Source: Amphiscolops sp. MND2022
Lineage: Eukaryota
Direction of reading: 5' to 3'
NCBI GenBank assembly: GCA_964187785.1
Contig: OZ076414.1
Span: 58,218,001-58,282,000 of the forward strand
Length of the DNA stretch: 64,000 nucleotides
A program made the position numbers and the translations under genes. Under the pieces are notes generated by a model. It was not told the origin of the DNA. It saw only the letters and a program-made list of their open reading frames with translations, and made no database searches. Each line of letters starts with the position of its first letter. The first letter of the stretch is position 1. Positions 1 through 13,033 of this stretch are shown piece after piece.

Positions 1-2990
1 TACGCCAGCCCAATTTTTGCTCAAAAGAAACCTAACGACAAACTGCGACTTTTGGTCGATTTGCGCAAAATCAATAATCTCATTTCCCACGACTACATAA
101 ACAACAATCACCCAGTGAATACACTCACAGACGCAGCCCAAAAAATGGCCGGGAAAAAGCTATTTTGCAAATTGGAATTTTCGCAAGCATATTATTGCCT
201 CCAGATGGCTGACCAGTGGTCCATCGAAATGCTTGTTTTCAATTTTCCCAGCAGAACTTTCGCATACAGAAGATTGGCACAAGGACTCAGCAGAGCCCTA
301 TCGCCCTTTTCTAGCTTCATGCCCGAATATTTGGACAAAGTCATCAAAGCAGACCAATGTGTCCAATATGTTGACGATATTGGCTTCGCTGCCAACGATG
401 CCGAACAACTTATCAACAACCTGAGGACCACATTCCAGTGCATCCAAAAAGCTGGTCTGAAACTTACGATGCATAATTGGCACTTTGGTGCAACGGAAAT
501 TGATTTTCTTGGACGTACCATCACTCCTGCTGGAGTGAAACCGCAGAGACCACGGGTCCAAAACTTCCTAGAAAACACAAAATTCCGGAAATCCAAGAAA
601 GCACTACAATGTTACCTGGGATTTTTGAACTATTACGGGAACTACTTCCCAAGGGTATCAGAAAAACGATCACCGTTTTTCAAACTGCTCACTAAAGACG
701 AAAAAGTCCTGGTAACACCGGACCTATTGGAAAAATTCACCGAGATAAATGAAGCTCCTTGTTGATGTTGTGAACTGGCACTGAAACAACCCTTACCGAA
801 CAAGCAAAGAGCCCTTATGACGGACTCCAGCTTTTGGGCCGCAGGGTATGCAGTTCTCATTGAGGATGATCCACTCGAGAAATATACATCAACGAGGAAA
901 GCTTTCGCACCAGTAGCTTATGGATCCAAGACCTTTAGTCCCACTCAATTGTCCATCTATGCGAGAAAATTCTTGACAATATTCTTTGCCTTCAAGGAAT
1001 TTGGACATATCTTTTGGGGAACCCCAAAATAGATGACTATACTCACAGATAACAAGTCTGTCATTTTTTCAGACGAAAATCATTCCGCTTACACTATGGA
1101 ACGCATGTGACTACGTTATTCAGTTCAATTTCACAATAGCGCATACCAGGCAAAAACAACACAGCTGCCGATTATCTGTTTCGTCTGGAAATCTCTCAAA
1201 AAGAAAAATTTCTCCTCCGAATCAGGGAAGACATCCCTACAACACCCGATGAACTACACGTCCAATCGGCCGGCTTCTCGGAAGAGGAACAAGTCTTTTA
1301 TACATAAGATGACTACGAGACAGAAGAACAATTTTTTCAACCTCCTGACATCTCGTTCGAAAAACTCACTACACGTGATTATCACAAAGTCTCTACACTT
1401 CAAAAACTATCATACACAAACTCTATAGCAGTAGAGCAAAACAACAACGTCATTTTGCAACAATTGCTCCTAAAAATATTGAAAGAAAGCTACTCCGAGA
1501 CCATCCTATTGCAAGATAATTGTTACCAACTTTACTGTCACTAAATGAACCGACAGTCCGTCATAGATGAAATTATCACCAGACAGTATTATGATGAAAC
1601 GGGATCTGTCAAATACAATCAAGTGCTCTTAACAAAACATCTCGTCCCAGAACTGCTTGAATCCTTACACGGGAAAGCTAATAAACACCCCGGATTATCC
1701 AAGATGCTCAGAGAAAGTCGTCAAAAAAATTACCATCCTGGAATTGCAAAAATTGTTAAAAAATGGGTTCAAGGATGCGAAATTTGTATAAAAGACGAAA
1801 GAATTCCAAACTCATCCATAACACCTCAACTGATAAATTTGACTGAATGGGACTTAGGTCCAGAAGAGGCAAAGCAAACCTGCCCCCCAGTAGAGGATAC
1901 GAAAACATCACAACCGCAATGGACGTGGTTTCAAGATATATGTTTGCATATCCAGTCACTGACGCTTCGGTCACAAACACGGCTAAGGTCATTATAGACA
2001 TAATGTCTAAACATACCTACTTGCCTACTTCCTTGATCACGGACAAGGGGAGGCCCTTTACGTCCAAATTAGTCGCCGAAATTGCTCAAATTTTGGCAAT
2101 TCAATTGAAATGCGCAACTATAAAACATCCGCAAACAATTGGCAAATTAGAGCGTACTCATGCTAGCCTCAAAACAAATCGCAAGATGGCCTCAGGAGAA
2201 TACGGGCGACAGTGGCACAAATACTTGCCTTTAGCTGTATTAAACTGTATTACGAGTTATCATGCTTCCCTGAGATGTGAACCATCCAGAATTTTTCATG
2301 GAAGAATCCCATACAACATCCTAGATCACAAATTGGGCTTTAATCGAAACCCGAAGGTCCTTCCGACTACAGATTTTGCAGCACGCACACATATTACTAG
2401 ATTCCATAAAGAAAAACATCATGCAATCCTATTTGAAATACAAGGAATACAAAGATCGAAAGGCCAAAGCGGCTCCTCCAACCTATTGCTGATCACCAAG
2501 GATAGAAAATACCGATGAACAGGACCCTAAATTGTGGAAAAAAGATTACCGAATGAAAGTTACATAATCAGACGACTAAATTTCAACAGAACGAAAATTC
2601 AACACCGTATCAGACTACGCAAATACGAACCAAACACTATCCTACAAGACATCAGACCGGAAGACAATTTGCAACCGGACGATGAAATTATAGTTCCGCA
2701 AGGTGACCTGTACGTCATCACGTGAGAAACCAATTTTGGAGAATTTCCCGATTCAACCAAAGAAGTCTCAATTCATACGCGTCTTGATACAGCAGACACC
2801 TCTAATGGTATTGTGGACGAAGCCAGCTCGCCAGACGAAAATTATACAGACGGGGACCTTCGGTCCATCGGGCCACACGAAAATGGCAACTCTGAATCGC
2901 TTGAAAAAACACTCTCAGAATGCACGAATGACTAGCTTGATGACCAACAATCATCGGGAGGGACCGATACTATCGTGCCCGAAGTATTAG
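1..2990 (+). pseudogene. pol: Ty3/gypsy pol relic of element A (RT, RNase H, integrase), broken by stops and frameshifts
   Basis: RT motifs YASPIFAQK, LVDLRKIN, LAQGLS and QYVDDIG (52-765). RNase H fragments TDSSFWAAGYAVL and YARKFLTIFFAF (817-1032). Integrase HHCC LHGKANKHPG..CEIC (1545-1997) and core ITDKGRPF..GKLERTHASLK (1847-2518). Closely parallels the pol of element B. Confidence 0.95.
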
Positions 2991-4440
2991 ATTATGAAAA
3001 TGATATGATTATGAAAAATGACACCCACAAATTCACTGATGAATACAGATACTAGTCACATATGTAAATTATGGTCCAACAATCAAAATCAGAACAGAAT
3101 CATAGTATTCACAAACTCAGTCTAGATAACAATTGTACATATAGTTTCAAGTTCAAAAACGAAGCTGGTGATGTAATCTCGCACGAGACGGTAAAAGAGC
3201 TCCAATCTGGCCGGAAAGTAATCGTCGTACACCATAGACCAGTCAAGGCTCTGCGGCTGCAACAACAAGAGAACAAGTTCGTACCCGAAGTATTAGATGA
3301 TGAAAATGATATGATTATGAAAAATGACACCCCCAAATTCACTGATGAATACAGATACTAGTCACATATGTAAATTATGGTCCAACAATCAAAATCAGTA
3401 CAGAATCATAGTATTTACAAACTCAGTCTAGATAACAATTGTACATATAGTACAATTAGTCTTTACTAATGCCGTCAATAAGGCCTGATGCGGATTCAGA
3501 CAGTTCCTCCTCTCCTAGCAAATGACTGCGACGTTGGCCCGGCTTTGGCAAGGGGAACAATTTCAGAGAATTCAGGCACACTAACTGTCGGGCTGGATCC
3601 TTTGCTGGCCACGCTGGGCTGTAAGGTCTTTCTAATCAGGGCCCTATCAAAATGGTCGACACTGTCCCATGGGCTGTAAATGTCGGTTAGGCCGGAATTC
3701 CCACGGGAATGTTCCAAAGGCAAGAACCGGGACACAGAAGAATCTGATGTAAGAACATCAAGCCCGTGGTTAACATACCCGCCAGCCCGCCAGACAAAAA
3801 TTTTACAGACGGGGACCTTCGGTCCACCGGGCCACACGAAAATGGCAACTCTGAATCGCTTGGAAAGACACTCTCAGAAGGCACGAATGACTAGCACGAT
3901 GACCAACAATCATCGGGAGGGACCGATACTATCGTGTCCGAAAAATTAGGTGATGAAAATGATATGATTATGGAAAATGACACCCCCAAATTCACTGATG
4001 AATACAGATACTAGTCACATATGTAAATTATGGTCCAACAATCAAAAACAGATCAGAATCATAGTATTTACAAACTCAGTCTAGATAACAATTGTACGTA
4101 TAGTACAATTAGTCTTTACTATTGCCGTCAATAAGGCGGGATGTGGATTCAGACAGTTCCTCCTCCCCTAGCAAATGACTGCGACGCTTGCCCGGCTTTG
4201 GCAAGGGGAACAATTTCAGAGAAGAACTCTTTTCAGGCACACTGACTGTCGGGCTGGATTCTTTGCTGGCCACGCTGGGCTGTAAGGTCTTTCTAATCAG
4301 GGCCCTATCAAAATGGTCGACACTGTCCTATGGGCTGTAAATGTCGGTTAGGCCGGAATTCCCAAAGGAATGTTCCAAAGGCAAGAACCGGGACACAGAA
4401 GAATCTGATGTAAGATTATCAAGCCCGTGGGTAACATACC
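2826..4440. repeat. Mosaic internal duplications at the pol/cargo junction of element A (order X-Y-Z-Y-W-X-Y-W)
   Basis: X about 2826-2975 and 3782-3940; Y about 2975-3146, 3286-3450 and 3940-4105; W about 3450-3781 and 4105-4440; Z about 3147-3285 is a copy of about 5216-5354. Confidence 0.85.
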
Positions 4441-7400
4441 CAAGATATGATTGGATTGGAGCAATGACATCAAACATTGGACTGACAGGATCATCAGTCC
4501 GGTGAGATCCAATTTTAACAGGAGCAAAGGACATCCGGGGCTCGTCGAGGCACAGACAACTTGAAGGGAATATCCTACGCAAATGAGGCCTAGCCCCCAG
4601 GGACTCTTCACTAGAAATGAAGTCAATTACGTCAGCTATAAGGAGTTTTGGATGCTGTATCTCAGGGTGCTGTTGACGAAGGACGTCTAAGAAGGACATA
4701 TACTCTTCAGTATAAATTGACTCCTCTTCTGGCTGAACGACTTCTCGCAAACGGAAACTTGTGAATAATTGCATGAAGCAGTAGGCTTCATTCTCCAAGA
4801 GATCCACAAGCAGGATAAGGAGATCAATGGACCCAAACCCTTTTACGATGTACCAGTTGAATCGGGTCAGTCCCTGGCTTCTTTATAAAAAAAGATCACG
4901 TAACTGCGTGCATTCCATCCGAACTCCTCCTTGTAATTGGCAGATATAGTCTCCAGCGTGAGCCCTTCGTTCTTTTCTCGCCTTTCTCCGCGCTTGCTTT
5001 GGTCTTGCACGCACTGTTGAGTCTAGAATCCAGTTTGGAACGAGTTAAGAAGTCAGTGATGCATAGAGCCTTGGCGACAGGGATCGAAAGATTGAGAATT
5101 CCTTGTTAATCATTCTCAGGAGGGAGATAAGTCGACCGGATACATCTTTTCCCTATCTTGAAGAGAAATTGAAATAGCTCACGGTAAGCACGGAACCCTC
5201 GGTCCCGACGTTGCTTCAAGTTCAAAAACGAAGCTGGTGATGTAATCTCGCACGAGACGGTAAAAGAGCTCCAATCTGGCCGGAAAGTAATCGTCGTACA
5301 CCATAGACCAGTCAAGGCTCTGCGGCTGCAACAACAAGAGAACAAGTTCGTACCATAAGTCTGGGCAACTAGACGTTGAATGCTTACATGGGTAAGATAA
5401 GAGCAAATGTTAGGAGACTGGAGATACCAAGTTTGACCCAAGGTCCAGTTGGCTAGAGGTTGAAAAAATCCGAAATCCCCCGAACTTAGTGATGAGAATG
5501 TTACCAACCTGTTTCCGGACTCCTTGCACTCCTTGGGGTATTGAATTTTGCAAAAGGTACTCAGTGACCTTTGTCCAGTGCTTCAACAACTCTTGGCACA
5601 AAGTGGGTAGGCTACAGATGTCCAACTGACAAGTTCTTAGCGCCCGAAACATAATTAATTACTTACAGAAAGTAATGTGGGAAACCTAACACTTGTGCAC
5701 CATGGGAATAACCTTAGATAACTCTGGGGAGAGCATCACCCACTCCAGTTCCAGACTAGACCCAAGGGACACGACAAGTTAGTGAAGAACCCCAAAGATG
5801 TCTATAAACCCAAATACGCTAGAACCTTTTTTATGCATCAAGGTTCGGACTTGAAATTCATCAAAGCGAGGTGGACTTTGAACGGAATTAGCGACAATAG
5901 GGGCTGTCATCAAGTAACTGCACGGTATTGCAGGTGCATCCGGTAACGCTGACATTCTGAGGGCCAGCTGAGATCGCGCCCATTACATGCGAGATCAATG
6001 TGACTTCAGCCTGGCTCTGCCCATGGGTCCTGCCAGTCCTCTTGAGGAATACCCTGCGCAGCTTGTCATCCAGCCAGAATCGGATGAACACGAGCAGGAA
6101 AACTCCGTCACGAGCGAACTCCAAAGAATACTCATTATTTGCAACCACGTGGTGTCCAACATCATTGATGATATCGAGGAAATGTGATGAAATAAGACAT
6201 GAAACACAAGACAGCAACCAAATTATATCCAATGTAGTCAAAACGACCTAAGGTCCTAAGTCTTAGAACTCTTGATCACATTAGCAAATTTTAGACATTA
6301 AGCTAACACCTTTAATTGAAGATCTTAGACTCTAGGGAAAACTTACTGTCAAGCGCTCTCTGGTCAAATTGAAGTCCGTGAAGAGCGACTGGTGATTAAC
6401 AACGACACCAATGTCGCGCCAGAAATTACGGAGGACGTCAATGTCGCCGTACTGTGGTAAGAATCGTCCCAGAACTGAAATTTGGATCCTAGCCCGGTTC
6501 TCTGAGGAAGAAGACATATAGTTGACACCAGCCCTATATTCGTCATAGAACAGGAGCTTTTCACCGATATCAACTAGCTCAACGTCTTTGAGTTTCGACA
6601 ATTCCAGAGCCAACTGGTAAGGGGTGAAGAGCTTGCCGTTCCTGTCTCTGACCTGCGGGACACGGGCCTTAGTGATAGGATCAATTTTATACAGATACTC
6701 GAATCTCCAGCGCTGGTCTTTCCTCAAGCGCTTCTCAGTGGAGTGGTGTCGAAGTATCTCCCGAGCCCCCTTTGAGTAACTGGAAATGTTTGCCTTGCAT
6801 ATTTGGCAGTAAAATTTATACTGATTCCATTTGGGGTCGACGGGACCGGAAACAAAGGCGCGGGTCCATTCCATGCCTTTAAAATAGGCCTCCTTCATGA
6901 CCTTGCAGGTCCTCGACACCTCCTTGCGTGCGCCGGGGACTTTAACAGATGAGAGCTTGAAGTGTCCTTTTGGAGTCATGCTCCGGTGATGTCGGTCCTG
7001 TGCGGCCTCGTTTTTTAATGCAGCTAGTGTTTGGGATCCAGGACTGTCCGCGCTGAGGGTATCGTAAGGATACCCAGGGTCCACTCAGCTACATGAAATA
7101 ACAGCAGAAGATTGTGGTGGATCAGGCAATGTACCCGGCTCGGAATGATCATACGAGTAGCCCAAGCTACCCAGGTCCTCATCGGTCCTCAAAGCCCCAC
7201 TGGAATCGCTGTAGTCGCCAGATGTCGAGCCTTGGTATTGCCTTGGTAATTTGAAAACATTTCACGATGGAGGAAGTAACTTCAGTTAATGCAAAACCCT
7301 GATCTAGTTTATGCTGAGACAAAATGGAAAAGAACCAACCTGATGCTATTTCCATATAGAACTATCAGAATTTGTCACACAATGAAAACAATGACGGATT

Positions 7401-7560
7401 GGGTCTTGGGGACACACGTGGATGTCGTCTGTGGCTGATTCTGATCATCGGGAGACCGGGCAACAAAGCTGTAGACAGCGGGACTGAAGGGCTAACGTGG
7501 ATCTTCAGTGGGAATTTTGGTCGCAGCAATGTCCAATTCAAGACAGTAATAGAATTCAAT
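4328..7560 (-). pseudogene. Antisense cargo gene of element A (zinc finger plus hAT-like core), decayed, with intron remnants
   Basis: ORF 6332-7084 has FYCQICKANISSYSKGAREILRHHSTEK. ORFs 5888-6241, 5410-5652, 5106-5507 and 4328-4807 align collinearly with the cargo of B, e.g. LPTLCQELLKHWTKV vs LCGILRELLDNWADV and IADVIDFI..PIQSYL vs ICDVFGFL..AVQSFV. GTAAGT donors at 6346 and 5665. Confidence 0.8.
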
Positions 7561-8189
7561 GCGTAAAAAAAAAGAAATCAAGAATTTTGACTTGTCCAAG
7601 GGACAATTAGACTAGACTGTACCACAAACACTAGAGTTACTATGCTGTTTAAAATAGCACTTACAAAATTACCTCTCAATCCATCTGTACTAGACTGCTG
7701 ATTAACTCTGCATCGCAACATGTTTCATAGAACTAATCAACACTGGACGTCGTTTCATCCAATAATATTATTGTAGTTAATCCCTGACTTCACTCATTCA
7801 TGTTTGTGATCTGCCAGTAACATTCATGTAATTAGGCTTTATTCGGCCATTTTAATCTTTCATTTCATCTATTAGAGCATCGATTACTTAATTCCGCCAT
7901 CTTTATTAATTTTCTTGGAGACTTTATTCATTTATTTATTCTTCCACCTCATTGGCTCGCGTGTTGAGTGTATCCTCGCGGACCGGTGGTCTTTGATTGT
8001 GTTATTATTTACCAGCATTTACAACCAGTCAACACTTTCATTGATAATAATCTACTCACTAGATTTTGAACAAATAAACTGAGAGACCCTCAAGGGCCTA
8101 ATAAAAGGTGTTACAACCCATTCATAAAATTCACCTAATATTATAGATTTTTATAAGAGTAAAGTTAGGAAAAAATTGAGGAAACTAAC

Positions 8190-9171
8190 GACTATGGTTT
8201 CCCGCGTAAAAGCTTCCCGCAAAACCGAGGAAGACTCAAGGTCTATTCGACGAGCGCGAATCATTTTACTCAATTTTGAAGCTACGATCAAGTTGATAAC
8301 GCATTCATTGCAAAGAAAACCTTTTTATCACGATTCCATATTGAGATGTCTTTACAATTTGACGTCAAAGAATTCATCAGACCCTTGGTCAGCGCGCTCT
8401 TCGAATCCTCGGAAGAGGATATGGAAATGGAAGTCGACTCAGCTTCCGTAACTGCCATGGAACAAGAACAGGACGCGGAGGGTGACAAGAGGTGATCGTC
8501 TGTTACAGGGAGGCTCCTGTTTACCCACCAAAGTTAGCTGGAGGGTGAGCATTGACTTCCGAACGGGACGCATGCGTTAATGATGAGACATAACACCTAT
8601 AGGATCGATAGGCTCAACCTTTGACCCGTCTGAGAGCTTTGTCGACTGGTTTGTTGGAAGTCCCCCATCGCGGACTTATACCGCAAACGACCCGAATCAC
8701 CGCATGGCAAATTGCAGCTAGTTAGAGCCAATACCATATTCACCGATGTCACCCCCACTCATCGACCGAGGGCCATCAGGGAATATTGGAAATGACCAGT
8801 TGTCAGAAGAGCTAGAACAAGCTGATTCCTGGATGTCCAATCCACATATTACTGGTTTCGCAATCAGTGCAAGCGGCCTGTGTGGAGAGCCAAATTACAT
8901 CCAACGCGGCGATTCAACAGTGTGTGGCAAATTATTCGCAACTACACAAGAGGAGATAACCCTTGGATATCTAGAACAAACTCACATCCCGGAAGAAAAT
9001 TACGCACAGCGAATCCGGCGAAGGAATGCTTTCTTAGCGGGTATGAGAGCCGGAAGCGTGATTTTAGTCCCAGGGGAAGTGTCGCAGGCTGCCGCCTGTG
9101 ACGGGATTCTCTATCAAAACCCAGCTGGGCCTTTTGCGTCTAATCCAACCCCAGGAGTGCTACCAATCTGA
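8190..9171 (+). pseudogene. Sense acidic accessory ORF of element A (partly frameshifted; intact part 8746-9171)
   Basis: SPMSPP, (C)TVCG and RNAFLAGMRAGSVILVPGEVSQAAACDG match SPMSPP, CIVCG and RKEAYINGLNLGSFLFIPPAVSQAAACNG in ORF 49521-50018. Confidence 0.65.
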
Positions 9172-10386
9172 TCGACGACGACTCAGAGGCTAAGAAGACA
9201 ACAACTCAACATATTGCAAAGGAGAGGTCAATATTACCACAGGAGACCGACGGTCGATCTGCCTACAGTAAACTTTTCAAGCTTGAACTCACCTTTATAC
9301 AGTTATTAACCATCAATTAGAGTATTATTTTTATCTGTTTACTGTTTGTGTTACTTAGGAGTGGTAGTTGATAGATATACTATAACATATAACAATGGCA
9401 AATTAAGTAAAGTCAATGACGTAAAATCAATGTGTTTGAATAAGCAATTATACGCAGCAAAGGAAACGAGTTCAAATACTTGTTTTCTTTGCCTATTTGT
9501 ACGCGCTGTCCAATTCTCTCATAGCCAATCAGAGCGCAGTGCTATATTGACTATAGCTGTACGGACCTTGGGTCCGCCATGGTGTTATTTATCAATGATA
9601 ATTCTGACGTCACTGCGCTATAGCTACCCGGACTCTAAGTCCACTGTGGTGTTATTTGCGCGAGTAGACGGTATTATATCTATCATGTAGTTATGACAAT
9701 ATTACAATACACATGTAAATATTATTTGATGCTCATTGACCTAATGGTATAACCTTAAATATCCCCCCAGCTTTGTTATGGTTTGATGCTATTTATAGTT
9801 AGTATAAAATGATGTAATAATGATGTCATCCCCGTTGAAAACGTTGACATATTGCTAGGAAGTTACTCTAGAAATTATGAAGATAAAAAAGCTAGTGAAA
9901 ATTTGGACTCGGGGTGTAGTCAGCCACAGCAGAGTTCAAATGTGATAAAAGAATTTAGATCTTTTCTCCATACAAATAGTAGGGAAAATAGTGAAAATAC
10001 AATTGAGACCGCTAGGACGATTAGTAAAGAGATTTCCAATCAAGTGTCAAGAAAACTGAATGAGATCAAAAATAGCTTGAATTTTCAAATACAAGATGCA
10101 ATTAGCAACGCAATCACTAAGAAAATGCTTCCTTCCATTCAAAATACACTAGAAACCCAGGGGAGAGTGAAATGCGCCACCATGGACCGAGGGTCCATTG
10201 GGCTACATGATAGTCCAAAGGCAGCTAAATTCACCACGGGAGACCGAAGGTCCAGTGGGCTACAATGGAACTCCAAAGTCGAAAATGCCCAGAAATTCTA
10301 GGAAAATCGCCCAAGAAAGTGTTTTATACAGGAAAATAGTAGACTAATGTCTCGTCAGAGTTCGCGACAGACGCAAAATCGCGACA
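8879..10386 (+). mobile_element. 3' LTR of element A including the gag-leader ORF (9852-10386); left boundary uncertain
   Basis: ORF 9852-10301 resembles the LTR-borne gag leaders at 51041 and 54830 (ISKEISNQVSRKLNEI..QIQDAISNAI vs INRLSSELNYRISREMDE..AINDAIS). It ends in-frame at AAT CGC GAC A. The 19-mer at 9459-9477 is identical to 50180-50198. Confidence 0.55.
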
Positions 10387-10772
10387 GCAAGATTCTTGGC
10401 AAGAGTTTCAAGATAATTCACACTTGTTTCTCTCTCATGTTTAAAATGATCCCCCAGGAAATTTCCTTCTTCAGGAAAGAACGAAAAAAATACTTCTGTA
10501 CAAAATAAACTTATGCAGTCATCTGAATTTTTTGTAGTCAGAGTTTCTAAAACTGAAATATGGTCAACTCTAATTACTCAGTTTTTATTTGGCAAATTTT
10601 TAGGAAGTTTAGATTTGTGGGGTAGCTTTTTCAAAATCACCAACTGATAGATTTCACAAGTTTTAGTAAACATTTTTTTCTGATTTCTGCAGTCAAAAAT
10701 GTGCTTTCTGTTCTCAAGACGTTTGATATTCAAACTTTCAAAATTACTTTTGGTTTTTAATTTTTTTTCTAG

Positions 10773-11044
10773 GCAAAGATACCTCATGTGTTGAGACAGA
10801 ATCTGATTTCCTTTTCCCTTTGAACTGGTGCGAGGTCAAGTTCACAACAACTGACCCTGACGCAACAGAGTTCCAGTTGACCCTTACTGTGGTTCCTTTC
10901 CAAGGACCGAGTTTGACCTTCTTCCAGAAGGAAGTGTTCGTTTTCCCTCCACCAATGGGAGCCATCGTGAACTTTGACTTCCGGCCTTTGGCTGATAACC
11001 CCTACGTTGTTACCGTTTCATATCCTTCTATGAATGGAATCAAG
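10773..11044 (+). CDS. Putative host exon (beta-rich extracellular-like peptide KDTSCVETESDFLFPLNWCEVKF...)
   Basis: Strong acceptor ttttttttctag at 10772 and an open frame continuing into ORF 10820-11287. The donor is weak and uncertain. Confidence 0.35.
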
Positions 11045-12338
11045 GTTGTTGGCTGGCTTGCTGGGCCTTCGGGAGATATTCAAAGTTGGTCACATTTCAT
11101 CGGGAGATGGAATCGAATGTTCAAACCATTGGTCATTGAAAATATTCAGCTAGTTTTGATTAAGGTTTCGATTTGTTTGTTCCTCCCTGCTTTTCCACTA
11201 ACTTTTTTGTTTCGAAAAGTGGTCTTCATTTCTGTTTTTTTTTCCGTTTTCTGTTCCTTATGCGGCATTTGTGTCGAAAAATTTTAGGCCACAGAAGTTC
11301 CAGAAACTATAAATTGATTTCTAACCTGTTCATTGTCCACGAATATCGCATCCACTGAATGTATGAACCATAATTCAACAGAAACATGGAGTTCTACCAC
11401 TCCTGACAAAAATTTCATCCAATTTCCACTGGCATGCATCGTGAGTCACGGTTCTGTGTATAAACTTGCGATGGCCAGAAATTCCGTCTTCGGTAATTAC
11501 GTTCTCGGATAACTTGTCGCACTTTAGCTCGCCTATTAGCAATCGTAGTTGAACTTTTTGACATCGTAAACATTGGTTTGCTAATACGACGAATTTCAAA
11601 GTTTCGCCTCCCGGATTTGCGTGGAGTCGTCTTGATCATCTGTTCTCATGTTCGGATTGAATGGAGGAGACAGGTCATAAATTTGGTTCCGAAAAGTATT
11701 TCTATTTTCTTTTTATCTTTAGTGACCAACTTTTCTTTGTCAGAGAGTGGAACCAGAATCGAGGGCCTTCAATTCTATTACACCTTCACCTTCGATTTTT
11801 CCTCAGTCAAAGAGGGGGCGTACAAATTCAAAGGTGCATTGGTGTACATTTTCCAGCGGATTTGTTTAAACACAAAACCATCGTGAAACATTTGACACAA
11901 TAAGATGTAGTTCATCCCATCGTTCGAAAATTTAGTGGATGTTAAAATAGCTATTTTCGCCATTGTTTCATTGTTTACAAGAAATGCTAGTCGTTGTTCT
12001 GTAACCAACCATATTTGGAATTTTTGGAAAACAAAATCCCAATTTATGCAACTGAGCACCGTGGGATAATTAGCAGATTGTTAAACGCAGCATCAAGGCT
12101 GGAGCAACTCTGAAGTTTTTAATGCTTTTTTTTGAGAAAACGGCTTTTAAAAAGGGCGGAAGAAGGATGGCGTTGTTTGTTAGTTCAACAAAGTACTTTA
12201 TCTTTTGTACCTTATGCGGTTGATTTAGCGTCAGCACTGAAAAGATCTACTGTTACATTGGATAAGTTTTTCAATTTAACAGTCTTGTTCAGTTTAAAAC
12301 ACCGCTTCGAAATCTTCTGGCATATATTGTGTAAACAG

Positions 12339-12887
12339 CCCTAGTCGAAGTTGCCGCGAAGTTTTACAGGCACCTTCAGAAAATGCCGGCTAATTTTTTT
12401 AGAAAACATGGAAAATTCAGGGATCATGCATGGAAACATTTTATAGGATTACTATGCAGCTTTCACTATTTGTGTTAAAACTGAAAACATTTCCACTTCT
12501 TCACCACTGCGATCACTCTATTTTCACGCGTAAGTTTCTCAAGTAAGTACCTTATGTGAACACCATTAGTCAAATAGCACGCTGAATATGACGCTACTTT
12601 GAAACTTATAATACGACTGAAATTTATTTGCATTGAAACCGCGGTAAAATTGACGAAGGACTCAGCTGCTTTCAAAATTAGAACGGCGTCTTTATGAAAA
12701 CTGTAAAACTTCGCTGCTCAGAATTGCCGCCAAATTTAGGATGCATCTTATAGGCAGCTTGATAAACTTAAATTGCATCAGTGAAGTTTTAATGCATGGT
12801 GGTTTCCTTGAGAATTTTATAAAATCATGAAAAATTAGATTGGTAACCTACAAAAACGTGTAAAAAGTTGAAACAGTTCCAACCGGG
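12339..12887. mobile_element. MITE-like non-autonomous DNA element, copy 1
   Basis: About 550 bp shared with 24738-25244 and 57740-58279. Imperfect termini CCCTAGTCGA ... CCAACC(G/A)GGG. Confidence 0.7.
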
Positions 12888-13033
12888 GAAGCCGAAAACA
12901 TTTCAAAGTCGGTGCACAAAATTGTGCACCAGCGAGGTTCTAACCCTGTACTCTTACTTCGGAAGTCAAGTGTCTAACCACCGGGCCAAACACATACAAA
13001 CTTATATCAAATTTATTATATGCTGCCCCATAC

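Noticed and set aside
8690-8715. CCCGAATCAC..CA TGG resembling the LTR/PBS junction of B
   Set aside because: It lies inside the sense accessory ORF region of A, which aligns continuously with its C homologue. No gag follows.
10744-10965. SEA-domain-like GSVVV motif in a minus-strand ORF
   Set aside because: There is an in-frame stop upstream and no splice support. The opposite strand has the better acceptor and open frame.
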